Below are positions 13,329 through 25,961 of a stretch of DNA of 64,000 nt, one piece after another; positions within the stretch are counted from its first letter, which is position 1, and every line of letters begins with the position of its first letter. The DNA comes from Lama guanicoe (taxonomy: Eukaryota). Where the stretch lies: the NCBI GenBank assembly GCA_013239625.1, contig MU054391.1, positions 8,465,095 through 8,529,094 on the forward strand, in the 5' to 3' direction. The notes below the pieces were generated by a model. It ran no database searches. It saw only the letters and a list, made by a program, of their open reading frames with translations, and was not told the origin of the DNA. Position numbers and translations under genes: made by a program.

Positions 13329-13544
13329 AGTAATTCTCAACAAAATGGGTATTTGCCACTGCTGTGATGTTTAGCAAAGTCTGGAGACATTCTGACTCTA
13401 GTGACTGGTAGGGCAGACAGTGACACTGGCACCTAGTGGTAGAGGCCAGGGGTCTGTCATACATCCTACAGCGCATAGGACGGCCTCATGCAACAAAGAC
13501 GGATTTGGATTCAAAATGTTGATGTTACTCTGGTACAGGGACTG
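13329..13544 (+). mobile_element. MER20 (hAT-Charlie DNA transposon)
   Basis: cagtaattctcaac start; gcaaagtctggagacatt; ctggcacctagtggtagaggccaggg; acatcctacagcgcataggacggcc; caacaaaga...caaaatgt. Confidence 0.85.
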
Positions 13545-14579
13545 TGGGTGACACCAGCTGGCTATCAGCATACCTTCATCACCTAGTATCTATCTATAAT
13601 TCTGTAATAAGAATGTGGACAAACTCTGCTCAGCTCTGGAGAGGAGAGGAAGGTAGTGCAAGTTAGCAACTGGAGATGGAGAGGACCTGGCCACACCAGA
13701 CCAACTGCTTGAGGCAGCTGCCCTACCCGACCCCAAGAGAGTGTGAATCTAAACTTATTTTCTATCCATCGTTTATTTATTTAAACCAATCTCTCTGATA
13801 TCAACTGTCCTTGTTTACTTGAGCCTCTATTCAATTCCACTACTTCATACCTTTTCTTACTCCCTGTTGTCATTCCGTTACTTTGAACCCAACAAAATAT
13901 AGTTTAAGAATTCACATATTGTTTTATACATTATTTTAAATCGGGCAATTAATTTCTGGGTAAGTTCTAATTCTCATTCGAAAAATTAGTCACTCTTAAC
14001 ACGTTTATTGGATTTAATAATTCATTTCTTTGAAAACATAATCTGTTGAACCAGAAATTCCCCTTTTGCTTTGGGCTGATGCCAAAGTATCAACGAACAT
14101 TTGAACCTCCAAAGTGGATTAAAGTCATCTGTTGTCGAACAATTACTACTCCTTGAGCTGTATAAGCAAACCTTTCTATTTCTATGTTCACTTTCCAAAT
14201 TTATTAGGCATTTGAATTTTCAAAGAATTGAGCAGGCAGATATCCAAGATTTTATGAGGATTTATAACTCTGTATTTCATTAAATATATGTCTGGAACTG
14301 GTGCTTCAATAGGAAAGAACAGGCTGTTAAATTTCGAAAAGTAGTAATACATTTGATGGCCAAAATAAAGTAGTAAGGAGAAATAAATGGAAATTCAATA
14401 ACGTATCAAAAATTTATTTGGAAACGAAGTAACAGAAGTCAATTTTTTTCGTAAGCACCAAGGAATTATTGTGTTGTTAGATCAAGCCCCCGAGAGATTT
14501 TTCTTTAGGATATAAATTATATCACTTCTAATAAAGGGTAGAGCATGTTATTTAAGCAAAATTGAAAGAGAAAGAAGAA

Positions 14580-14624
14580 AAAAAAGAAGTGATGAAAAAA
14601 GAAGTGATGAAAAAAGAAGTGATG
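14580..14624. repeat. Perfect tandem triplication of the 15-mer AAAAAAGAAGTGATG
   Basis: Three identical adjacent copies are visible. Confidence 0.95.
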
Positions 14625-16989
14625 GGACAAATTAAGAGGGTTGAGGAGGTGGGGGAGTACAGGGGCAGCAGAGGAACTCTTGGAAACGGAAAAGGGATAT
14701 TTTCAAAATTAGCCAAAGTAGATTTAGCATGTTGTCTGAGCTTTGTTAAGTATATTGAGAAACAGTTTTCTATTTTTCTAATGAGAAGACCTTTGAGCCT
14801 GTAATTTAATACAGATTAACAATGTTACATATTTTGTTATCTAGGAGCATTATATTAATATCTGTCATAAAGACGATGTCATTGAATCATTTAAGTACAG
14901 ACTGGAATAGCAGGCATGCTTTTTAAGCTAAACCTGTTTCACACCTAGCCCTCTGTGATATCATTTTGACCTCTTTCTTTCTTTGTGTTCTAAGATATGT
15001 ATATTTAGAGAGAAATTTTCTTGTGATAAATGGGAGTTGTGTATTTGTGTGTGTGTGTACTTACATTCTTACTGCAAACCTTTATATTGTCATAGAAAGA
15101 GTTTTGAAATTTATAAACCCGTATCATCAAAAAATCTGTAGTCACTAAAAACTTGATCTAATTCTTAGAAATGATTGTCATTAAAAGTTGTTATCTTCTA
15201 TAGCACATATTTTCAATGGAAAAGATTAAAAATTCAGTGTATGTTTCTAATACAGAAAACTATTTTAAAATAACTGTTTATCAAATAAGAAACCAATAAG
15301 CAAATTAACAATTAAAAAATATCTTTTGTCTTCACCTTGTTGGAATTTTAGAATAAGCTTTATCTCAGGAAAACCTTCCCAGATTATAAAGTTGCTGTTA
15401 CTGTCACTTCTCTGGTTTTAAGTAATTCTCACAGATTTTAATTAAATATTTGTTGCATGTTTATTGAATTAATATTCATTTGTCCTTACTAGACAATGCT
15501 TCCAGAAGGCAAAATGTACATCAGTTTCATGTCCAATGTTGTCACATAATAGCAGCCTAATACATTTAGGAATGGAAGGGGTCTAGCACCACTTCTGAGA
15601 AGACGGACAGCTTGTGTTGTGTTACACAGCCTGCTCTCCTGGCCATGGTGATCCAAATATTAAATAATTTTGTTCTAATGTATCTTCAAGTTTCTCAGTT
15701 TCTATTTTACTCCAAGATCCCACGATTTAGGAGGGACAGATTAATCACCCATACCCTTAGTCTCTCTCTTGTTGCTAATGAGGAAGTATTACATGTAAAT
15801 ATGAAATAATGACTGTGTTCACAGTCAAACCTCCTTTGATTAAAACTAATAAAGAGAGAAGGCTGGCTATGAGGTAGGATTCTCACCAGCTTTTGTATTT
15901 CTTATCCAAATATATCTCCTCAGTGTTCAGCGGGCTTCATCCTGCTAAACATGAGACGATTATGCTAATTAATAAACAAGTGAAGACAGCAGAAGGGATG
16001 AACAGAACATTAATTTATCTGCTTAAAGCTTTAAATAAAATCTTCTCAGACCATGAGTGGAAAAAAAATAACTTGGACAGCCTTTTAGTAATACACAGCT
16101 ATTAATGAATATTTATTTATAAATTATTTTTACCCAACCACATGAGAAGAACTGTTGAAATTTAATATCTTTTCTTCCCAGAAACCCACAAGAAACTGAC
16201 ATGCTCAGTTCTGCTGAACAAGAACATTTTATGTTTTATTTTATTTCATCTTGTTTTAAGCTCGGTGGGTTAGAATTTGTTAGCTCACTGGACTGTAAAA
16301 TACACCTCTGTAGAAAACTATTATGGCAGTGCTTTGTCACTGAAGCATGGAAGTTGGCATCCTGTGGGGTCATCCTGCCCGGGGTTTCAGATGCAGGGCC
16401 CACTGGAGCTGCGTCTGCTTGTTCTGTTGACAAACCACAGAGTCTAAACTTTTAAAAGAACTGAGTTCTGTTTAACACCACATCTGAATTTTTCCTAAAA
16501 AGAAATAAAATATTTAGAGAATGTCCATGATTTTAGGAAGCAGAAAAGTAGTGCCTTCCTATTATGTGTTCTCCTATTATGAGGTACCCAATGTGTGTGT
16601 GATACACTGTTTATCGAAGGGCCCATCTGCAGACATGTTGTGGATTTCATAAAAATCTATAAAATCCACAGTGTTCACTGTGTCGGAGAAAGAAGTTCTT
16701 TTGCTTCCTTGTAGAAACCTGCACAGGGATACGGATTCTCCTGTAGCTGACTGACACCTGTGCCACCTGGGAATAACAGGAATAGAGCAGACCATGGGAG
16801 CCTCTGATGGGCAGAGACCCTGACGAGAAGATGGTTGTGGGAGTCTGAGCGCGAAGCCACAGAGGAACAAGTCGAGTGATGAGAAGTCAGGGAATTGTCC
16901 CTGAGGGAGAAAGACAGAAGAACTAGGTTCCTTACCACTTAAAAGGGAGAAGGTTGAATGGACACCTAATCTTCAAGGGAAGGAAGTAT

Positions 16990-17260
16990 TGCTTACGGAA
17001 CAATGAGCAGTGGCCTTTCTGTTAACTGAAGGGATAAATTAGAGTTTCAGCAAGAAGGATTTAGGTTAGGCTGTGAATAGCAACCTGTGCTGCAGATTAA
17101 GGAACAAAGAATCCATGTTACCAAGTAAAACTTAAGATTTTCCTTGTGGAGATATTTCTATATGATTCTGAAATCTGGGTATCAGTCAGCTGTGTCTGGA
17201 ACTGCAAATCTGTTTTCAAGTGATTTCTCATTTTTTAACTCTGTATTGTAGATTCCAAGA
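16990..17260 (+). mobile_element. Probable CR1/L3 LINE 3' fragment
   Basis: agtttcagcaagaaggatttaggttag...tgttaccaag...ttttccttgtggagatatttc...aactctgtattgtagattcc resembles the CR1/L3 3' end. Confidence 0.45.
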
Positions 17261-17900
17261 AGAAAGGGATTAAAAGTCTGGTCAAGCTTAGAGACCACAG
17301 TTTTCTATGTCTCCAAACAATTCTCTAAACTACAACTTCATGGAGTCACAATACCCAGTAAGGAAGGGGTCATGACACTAAGATCACACTACAGGTGAAA
17401 TCTAGAATTCTTTGAATTAAAGAGGTACAGATATAGTTTAATATTTTTAGTGCCAATCCCAAATTAATTGCATACAACACCTATTTGTGGAAAACCCATT
17501 TCAAAATCAGTTCTGTGCTTGGGAATTTGTTATGTTAATTCTGCACTAAAGACACTATTGTTAAGGATATAGAATGATGTTGTAAAGCTATTAGATTTTA
17601 TTCCGTAGACATGAAAATGTCTTTAACACGTTTAGGCATGAAAATAAGAGGCCAAGGAATAATCTTACAAAGACGACTGAAACAGAATGGGAGAAAATAA
17701 GAAATGCAGCAGGGAGGACATGAGGACAGTGATCACAACCCCCCGAAGGCTGTGAGGGTGACCAGACCTGGGCTGCCCAGAAGTATCGCAGCACCGGGGA
17801 GGTAGGGATCAGGGAGCCAGGAAGCTTGTCTGTGCCACAAACCATTAATCTCGGGGAAAACAAACATTAACATTTTGCAAATTTAAAATAATGTACATCC

Positions 17901-19137
17901 GTGGAACAGAAGAGAGCCCAGAAATAAACCCACACACCTACATTCAATTAATCTATGACAAAGGAGGCAAGAATATACAACAGAGAAAAGACAGCCTCCT
18001 CAGCAAGTGGTGTGGGAAAGCTGGACAGCCTCATGCAAATCAGCGGAGCTAGAACACTGCCTCATACCATACAGGAAAATAAACTCAGAATGGCTTAAAG
18101 ACAAACGTAACAGAGATCACCATAAATCTAGAAGAGAACATGGGCAAAACACTCTCTGACATGAATTGTAACAAGGTTTTCCCAGGTCAGTCTCCCCAGG
18201 CAATAGAAATAAAAGCAAAAATAAATGGGACATAATCAAATTTATAAGACTTTGCACAGCAAAAGAAACCATAAACAAAATAAAAAGACAACCTATGGAC
18301 TAGGAGAAAATATTTACAAACAACGCAATAGCTAATGTAACTCAATAATAAAAAAAAAAACAAAAAATAGGCAGAAGAACTAAATAGACATTTCTCCAAA
18401 GAAGACTTTCAGATGACCAACAGGCACATGAAAAGATGCTCAGCACCACTAATTATCAGAGAAATGCAAATCAAAACTACAGTGAATTATCACCTCACAC
18501 TGGTCTTAGAATGGACATCATTAAAAATTTCACAAAAAAAAATGCTGGCAACGTTGTGGAAAAAAAGTAAGCCTCCCACACTGCTGGTGGGAATGTAATT
18601 TGGTGCAGCCACTATGGAATACAGTACAGAGATTCCACAAAAAAACTAAAAATAGAGTTGCCATATAATCCAGCAATCCCACTCCTGGGCACATGTATTT
18701 GAAGAGAACTCTAATATGAAAAGATGCATGCACTCCAATGTTTATAGCAGCACTATTAACAACAGCCAAGACACGGAAACAACCTAAATGTCCATAGACA
18801 GATAAATGGGTAAGGAAGATGTGACAAACACAAACACACACACATATACACACGAATACTATTCAGCCATAAACAAGAATGAGATAATATCATTTGTAGC
18901 AACACAGAAGGACCCAAAGATTATCATACTAAGTGGAGTTAGTCAGACAGAGAAAGACAAATACCATATTATAGCAATCATATGTAAAATCTAAAAAAGG
19001 GGGACAGAAATGAACTCATTTACACAAGAGAAACAGATTCATAGACATAAAAAACAAACTATGGCTACCAAAGGGGGATAAATTAGGAGTGTGGGATTAA
19101 CACATACACGTACACACTACTATATATAAGATAGATG
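17901..19137 (+). mobile_element. L1 ORF2 C-terminal region and partial 3'UTR (artiodactyl-type)
   Basis: agcccagaaataaacccacacacctac; aggcacatgaaaagatgctcagcacc; gaaatgcaaatcaaaactaca; ccagcaatcccactcctgggc; gtcagacagagaaagacaaataccat. ORF 18413-18598 ([20 protein letters not shown]) is the L1 ORF2 C-terminal motif. Confidence 0.93.
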
Positions 19138-19616
19138 TCCAATATATCTACATGTCTATGAAAAGAACTTTAGAGGTGGAAGTTCTGTTGTGAAAACCCC
19201 AAATCCCTTGTGTAACTTGTAATGTGGAGGCACGGCAGTGTGGGTGTGGGAACCAGGATCTTCATGCCAGTGTGCTGAAACACATCATTACTCCCAAGAC
19301 AAATTAAATCAAAGCTCTGGTGTCCTGCATGGGACATGTGAAACACTGTAGGACACACAGGATGGAACCAGCCCAGAGAGGCCTCAGGGAGGAGCTCCCG
19401 AAGTGTAGTTATTCAGCTGCATTCTGGCCAGATCTTCTGGAAACCAACATGTCCAGTTTCTTCTTTATTATTTTTCCTTTCATTTCATTTTTTGTTTCTT
19501 TTTTTTTCCCCTCTTGGAATTTTTGAGACTGATTCTAGTCATTTCTGTTACCCACTGATGTCTACCTATATCTTACCTATCTATTTACCTACTTACCTAC
19601 CCACCTATCATCTATC

Positions 19617-19953
19617 TGCTGTGCACTGAATTGCGTCCCCCCAAATTCATATGTTGAAGCCCTAACTCTCAATTTGACTGTATTTAGATGGGATCCTAAT
19701 CTGGTAAGATCAATGATCTCATGAGAAAATAAGAGAAATCCCTCTCTCCCTGCAAGTGCACCAAGGAAAGGCCATGTGAGCACACAGTAAGAAGGCAGCC
19801 ATCTGCAAGCCAGGAGGAATGTTTCCCAGAACCCGATCATACCAGCACCTTGTTCTCAGACTTCAGCCACCAAAACTGTGAGAAAATAAATCTTTGTTGT
19901 TTAAACCACCAGTCTATGGTGTTCGGTTACAACAGACAGAGCTGACTAAAACA
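19617..19953 (+). mobile_element. MaLR LTR, MLT1A-like
   Basis: tgcgtccccccaaattcatatgttgaagccctaa; ggccatgtgagcacacag; gccatctgcaagccagga; aactgtgagaaaataaat; ends gctgactaaaaca. Confidence 0.88.
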
Positions 19954-20361
19954 TTACCTATCTATCTAATCTTTTACACAAAGCAAAAACAAGAAAACAA
20001 GAGCATAAAATTGTGTTTGCTTGTTTCAGGTGAGAGAGGAAAGCTGGCCTCACGTATATCAGGACAAAGAATGTGGATAGGGCTTCTGTGACAAAATCTT
20101 TTACACGAGGCTGGACGGGGCCTTCCTTCTCATGTGTCTCTCTTCCTGGAGTGTTTCACTGCCTCTGTTACTGAAGGAATAGCTTGTTTTATATCAGCAC
20201 TTTACTTAAAGGTCACCTCCTCTAGAAAGTCCTCTCTTAATAGCCAAACACATTTTCTTTTGTTCTCCTTCTAAATAAAAAAGTGTTTTCTGCATTCTGA
20301 ATATTATACAATCAGGGGAAATGTATTTAAGACAAAATTAACAAAAATTCAGAATGAAAAG

Positions 20362-20810
20362 ACCATTGTTGCATAACAAATTATCGTACAGTTAGCATTT
20401 AAAACATCACATAACTAATTCTAACAGTTTGAGTGGGTCAGGATTCTGGCAGTGGCTAGATTCTTTGCTCAGGGTCTCACAAGGCCCCAGTCAGGGTACT
20501 GGCAAGGCTGTCTTTCTTTTGAAGGCTCTGGGGAATAATCCTCCTGCAAGCTTATTGAGGTTGTCAGTGAAATTCAGTTTCTCTGATTGTAGGACTGAGT
20601 GACTTCACCATCAGTATCAGCGTGAGAAAGTACTCTGCGGTTAAGTGCTCATGAGATTACATCAGGCACGTCCAGATAATCTCCCCATCTTAAGGTCAAC
20701 TGTTCCCCGTAAGATAACACAATTATAGGAGAGATACTTTATTATATTCACATGTTCAAGGGATAGGATGGAACAACTTTGGGGGTTATTTTATTCAATC
20801 TTATCATACA
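20362..20810 (-). mobile_element. MaLR LTR, MLT1E-like
   Basis: ttgcataacaaattatc; gctcagggtctcacaaggc; gaaggctctggggaataatcc; ccagataatctccccatcttaaggtcaactg. Confidence 0.75.
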
Positions 20811-20944
20811 GGGAATAAGAAACTATTAACTGTTACAAATTAACAACTGATGAAAAGCAAATATATCACAAAACTAAGAAGAATGATTTCTTGTTATCAT
20901 TATTATATTTATTTTGTCTAAAACATATCTCTGATACTTTTTTA

Positions 20945-21878
20945 AAGACTATTTTTTTTGAGCAATTTAAGATTCAAATAAAAACTGAGAGGTACAGAGA
21001 TTTCCCATATATCCCCTCCTCCTCCCTCATTGTAAACATTCCCAACCTGAGGGTACGTTTGTTACAACTGATGAACCTATGCTGACACATCATTGTCACC
21101 CAAAGTCCGTAGTTTACATTAGGTTTCACTCTTGGTGTTGTGCATTCTATGGGTCTGGACAAAAGTATAAGACATGTATTTATCCTTATGGCATCATACA
21201 AAGTACTTTCACTGCCTAAAAATCCTCTGTGCTCCACTTATTCACCCCTCCTCCTCCCCCCTCCTGCCCCTGGAAATCACTGATCTTTTTACTACCTCTA
21301 TGGTTTTGTCTTTCCACAATGTCATATAGTTGATGTAGCCTTTTCAGATTGTCTTATTTCACTTACTATGATGCACTAAAGATTTCTCTGTCTTTGTATG
21401 GTCTCATAGTCCATTTCTTTTTAGAGCTGAATAATATTCCATTATTTGGAATATTCAGAAACTGTTTACCCATTTACCCACTGAAGGATATCTTGGCTGC
21501 TTCCAAGTATTGGCAATTATAAATAAAGCTGATATAAACTTCCACATGGAGGGTTCTGTGTGCACATAAATTTCACCTCCTTTGGGTATATACTGAGGAG
21601 TCCCAATACTAACTATTATGCTTAGATTTGTAAGAGATTGCCAAACTGTCTTCCAAAATATCTGTATCATTTGCATTTTTGGGTGTTTTGTTTGTTTGTT
21701 TGTTTGGTTTGGTTTGGTTTGGTTTGGTTAGGTGGCGGTGGTGGTGGTTTTTACCAGCAGTCTATGAGAGTTCCGCTCACTTTCATTCTCACCAGCTTTT
21801 GGTGTTCACAGTATTCCAGATTGGGGCCATTCGAATCCCAGCAGTGGAGTCTCACATTGTTTTAATTTGCGTTTCTCC
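20945..21878 (-). mobile_element. L1MC1-like 3' end
   Basis: tttgttacaactgatgaacctatgctgacacatcattgtcacccaaagtcc; ttcactcttggtgttgtgcattctatggg; gctgaataatattccatt; tgccaaactgtcttccaaa. Confidence 0.88.
21686..21748. repeat. Compound (TTTG)n(TTTGG)n(GGT)n simple repeat inside the L1
   Basis: Directly visible. Confidence 0.85.
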
Positions 21879-22044
21879 TGCTCTTACCCAGCACTTTCTG
21901 CTTCTGGTCCTGTAAATGACTGGGCACGGGAGGCTCACCCTGCCTCTTTCCTGTGTACTTCCTCCTCTCTACCTCAAGAGTAGGAAAAGAACTAGAAACC
22001 CAAGATTTTTGAAATTAGAGCAACAAAAACAAAACAAAGCAAAA

Positions 22045-22205
22045 AATCTTGACTCCAGCTATCTATGATTTACAAATTATGAAACCTTGGGACTAGTTAA
22101 TCATCCTGAACCTCACTACTCTTCCCCCCAAAATGGCAATAAATAGTCACTACTTGAACATGCACAGATTTGTGAGAAATAAAGGAGGTATTATCTGTAA
22201 AACCC
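22045..22205 (+). mobile_element. MIR SINE
   Basis: gaaaccttgggactagttaatcatcctgaacctcac...aaaatggcaataaatagt...gatttgtgagaaataaa. Confidence 0.65.
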
Positions 22206-22429
22206 CCTCATGCTTCACCCTGACCTCAGTCCTCATCTTTTCCTGTAAACTATTCGGATCCCAACCCCCAGTCTATCTAGTTCAGGAGGTCCCCCATGTG
22301 ATTAAATTCTGTTTGTTTCCGAGCTCCTCAGACTGACTTCATCATCATATTTCATTTGAGCTGCATGCTTAGTCTGAACTCAATGTTTTTCATGTTTTTC
22401 AGCAAATCAGGGAGCAAATAATAAAAATA

Positions 22430-23410
22430 GCAATTAATGGAATCATATAATATAAACTACTACAAATACCCAAAAGATGTGTTTTTTGAAATGCTTAATC
22501 AAATAGAAAAGCCTCTGGCAATACGAATTCAAAACAAGAGAATTCACAAGCTAATAATATTTCAGTAAAATAGGAACAGATCCGATAGAGCAGTCATCTT
22601 AGAAATAGAGGAAAATGTCATAAATTAAAAATTGTGCTTAAAGAAAGAACAGATATCTTAACATACCCAGTTGACTACACTGAAACTTCTACTTTTAATA
22701 ACCAAAAATGCTTATATAAAACCAAAAAAAAATACACATCTTTAATCCATGTATGATTAAAAATTTTAAAAACAATTACTCTGGATAGAAAACTAATGAT
22801 AACTACATCATTGTCTTGATGAGAGAACACCCTTTCTGACAATTTGGCCCTGAGCAGAAAGGAACAGCAAAAAATTAATTTTTTTCTGAGACTTTTGTAG
22901 TCTTGCTCCAGCCCTGAGGCAGGTTTAGAGCCCTGATACAAATTATGCGGATAACATAAACAGCTGCAAGCCACAAATGTAGCTAAAAATTCTAGCTCAT
23001 ATAGTGCTTGCAGGAACCTGGTCGAAGCAAAGATAAATTTGTTTCAAGAGGAATTTTTATCTGAAGTCAAATAATTCAAACAATTTCTATACACATGTAT
23101 GTCCACTAAAATGAACACTTTACTTTAAAATATAAAACGTAAAAGATAATGTTATTTGTAAGCACAAAAGTTCACAAGAATAATTCTCAAAATCAAGAAA
23201 TAACATTGTGATAAAAAACAGAATTTCAAATATTTTAAAAGGTTTCTAGAAACAAAGTAAAAACATACAAATTTGAATAAGGAAGCTTCCAAATCCCTTC
23301 AAATGTTAATAAATGAGAATACAGCAACTAAAAGAGAGAACTGCAATATCTCAGACTAGACACAGATGAAGAGAGAATACACGATTCAGAAGAGGATAGA
23401 GAAATTCTCC
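22430..23410 (+). mobile_element. Very degraded L1ME/HAL1-like fragments
   Basis: ttttttgaaatgcttaatcaaatagaaaagcctctggcaa (ORF2-like) and cagactagacacagatgaagagagaat (ORF1 coiled-coil-like); A-rich strand. Confidence 0.45.
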
Positions 23411-23429
23411 TGCTGGAAGGTCTGATACA

Positions 23430-23580
23430 TATGGTAACCATGATTCTGAACTAGTTCCTTAGCTTCTTCAATGCTTTATTTCTCTGTCTTTGAAATGTGA
23501 ATACTAATCAACTTGTAAAATTTCTCTGAGGGTTAAATGAGAGTACCTATTTGAAAGAATCTAAAATAGAAACTTGTAGA
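23430..23580 (+). mobile_element. MIR SINE fragment
   Basis: catgattctgaactagttccttagcttcttcaatgctttatttctctgtctttgaaatgtgaatactaat...tgagggttaaatgag. Confidence 0.6.
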
Positions 23581-24287
23581 TTTTAGGCATGGATTACATA
23601 AATGGTCAATTAAAATAGTAAACACATACATCTTTAGTATGTCATCAGTTTTTTGCCTTGACACCCCAGAGAAATTGTAAAAACTTCTGACACTTTTCTC
23701 GTGAGACTCGTCCAATCACTCAGGTTTCAGGACTTGAGGGAAATAATTATTAGGAACCCTGGCTTAAGTTTGTCAAGTTGGGTCATCTGTTGGTATATTA
23801 ACTGAGAATTACCAGAGTTTACTCTACAGCCTTAGGAAATTTTTGGAACTTTTCTTTGTGTAACAAACATCATTATTCATAAGAATTTAAAATCTTCCAA
23901 AACTAACAAGCTAAGTGTTTTTCCATTAAGAACAGACCATAATTCTACAAAGCCTATGAAACACCAGCAGGTCAGCCCAGGGCATCCCAAGAGGTGAAAG
24001 TAGTAATTTCTGACAGATGGCTGGGGACATCAATGCAGGTTACTCTGACTTATTATTACTAAGACTCTTGGTAGTGAATGCAAAGGCAACCAACTGTTCA
24101 GTTATAGCCCAAAATAAAGGAGAGCTGTGAGCTACTGGCAGAGTGCAGGTATGGTCTATTCCAATTAGTGTGCCCTTGCAGTCACTGTGGAAGAAGGCTA
24201 AGGGGGGCAAGGGGGGCTTCTGCGTGTCACTATTTGCTTGTTGTATGGGGAAAGAAAAGGGACAGAGAAATGACAAACAATGATTAT

Positions 24288-24560
24288 TGAGACAGTTAAT
24301 TTTATGTATCAGCCTGGCTTGTTCAAGGTACCCAGATATTTGGTCAAAAATCAGTCTAGATGTTGCTGGAAGGTTTTTCTTAAATGACATTAACATTTAA
24401 ATAAAGTAGATTATCCTCCGTAGGTGAGTAGGCCTTATCCAATCAGTTGAAGGCCTTAAGAGAAAAAGTCTGAGGTCCCCCCATAAAGAGGGGGGGACCC
24501 ATAAATTCAGTCTCCAGACTGCTTTTCAACTCACATTACAACATCAACCCTTCCTGGCTG
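24288..24560 (+). mobile_element. ERV-L 5' LTR (MLT2D-like), 3' part missing
   Basis: gttaattttatgtatcagcctggct; cccagatatttggtcaaa; ggccttatccaatcagttgaaggcc. Colinear with the LTR at 25962. Confidence 0.85.
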
Positions 24561-24599
24561 TGGTTTGCTTTTAGATCTATAACTAGACTCAAATCTCAG

Positions 24600-25420
24600 A
24601 AATCCATTAAAGGTGAGATACAAAGTGTGACAAGTGAGGAAGTGTGCTATATACTCCAAAAGAACTACATGAGTTTTTCCAACAGTTACAGTAGAAATTT
24701 GGGGAACATTTGTGGTAACAGATATTATAGATGTGGAATAAAGATGGAAAGAATATAAATTTGGATCAGGCTGAATTTATTGATATGGGCCCATGGTCAT
24801 GGAATTCACTGATCTTACTATGCTCCCTACCATCCTGAAGCAGCTGGTCTTACTAAATGGTGGAACAGCCTTTGGCAGACTCAGTTACACAGCAGCAGCT
24901 AGGTGGCAATGCTGTGCAGGGCTTGGGTAAGTTTCTCCAGGAAGCTGTTGGGTGTTCAGTGCATGGTGGTGCTATTTTTCCCAACAGCCAGATTCACAGG
25001 TCTGTGAATCAAGGAGTAGAAACAGGAGTGGTACCACTCACTATTATCTTTTGTGATCCACTAACAAAATTTTTTCTTCCTGTCCCTGTGAATTTTTCCT
25101 CTGCTGGCCTAAAGGTCTTAGTTGCAAAGGGAAAACTGGTTCCATCAGGTGACACAACAATGATTCCATTGAACTGGCAGTTAAGACTGCCACCTGGCCA
25201 CTTTGGGTTTATTGTGTCTCTGAATCAATAGGCAAAGAAGGGAGTTACTGTTCTGGCTGAGATGATTGATCCAAATTGCTGAGGGGTAATTGGACTGGTA
25301 CTCCACAATGGAGATATAGAGAGCATGTCTGAAATACAGGAAATCTCTTACAGTGTCTCTTATTACCATGCCCTAGGATTAAAATCAATGTACAAATATA
25401 ACAACCCAATTAAGTCAGGA
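24600..25420 (+). pseudogene. ERV-L internal remnants: gag fragment joined to integrase C-terminal half, followed by dUTPase
   Basis: Gag-like translation near 24750-24793 (NINLDQAEFIDMGP). Integrase-like HGIH*SYYAPYHPEAAGL from ~24798. ORF 24857-25231 reads QQLGGNAVQGLGKFLQEAV...SQIHRSVNQGVETGVVPLTI...SAGLKVLV...GDTTMIPLNWQLRLPPGHFG, i.e. ERV-L integrase then dUTPase. Stops and frameshifts are present. Confidence 0.88.
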
Positions 25421-25961
25421 CTACCAATGGCACAGAGCATTCAGGAATGAAGATTATGACCACCCCAGCAGGTAAAGAACCACAACTGGCTGAGATGTTT
25501 CTTGAGAGCAAAGAGAAAATGGAATGGTTAGTGAAGGAGGGTAGTTATAAATACTAGTTATAACCATATGAACAATTACAGAAATAAGCACTGTAATTGT
25601 TATGAGTATTTCTTCATTATTTTGTTATGAATGCTTGTCTGCATGTGCTTTTGTGCATAAAATCTTTGTTTTCTTCCTTTTCTTATCCCCTTGTCATAGA
25701 GCATAAGTTGATTCTATGTCATAATATTTAAATATTGTTACATTTATATTACAATATTTAAGTTATAGGGTGTCAAGGAGATGACTGAATACCACCCATG
25801 CACTTTGCATCTTCTTCTGCAGATAATGTTACATGTTTTCAGTTGTAGGCAGGATAGCTGTCTCATGTTATACTGGAGTATGACCTCATTATTGTCTTTA
25901 TTTGGGTATTAAGTATGGTGTAAGGAGAAGTATACGGAGGCCACGTTGACAAAGGATGGTT

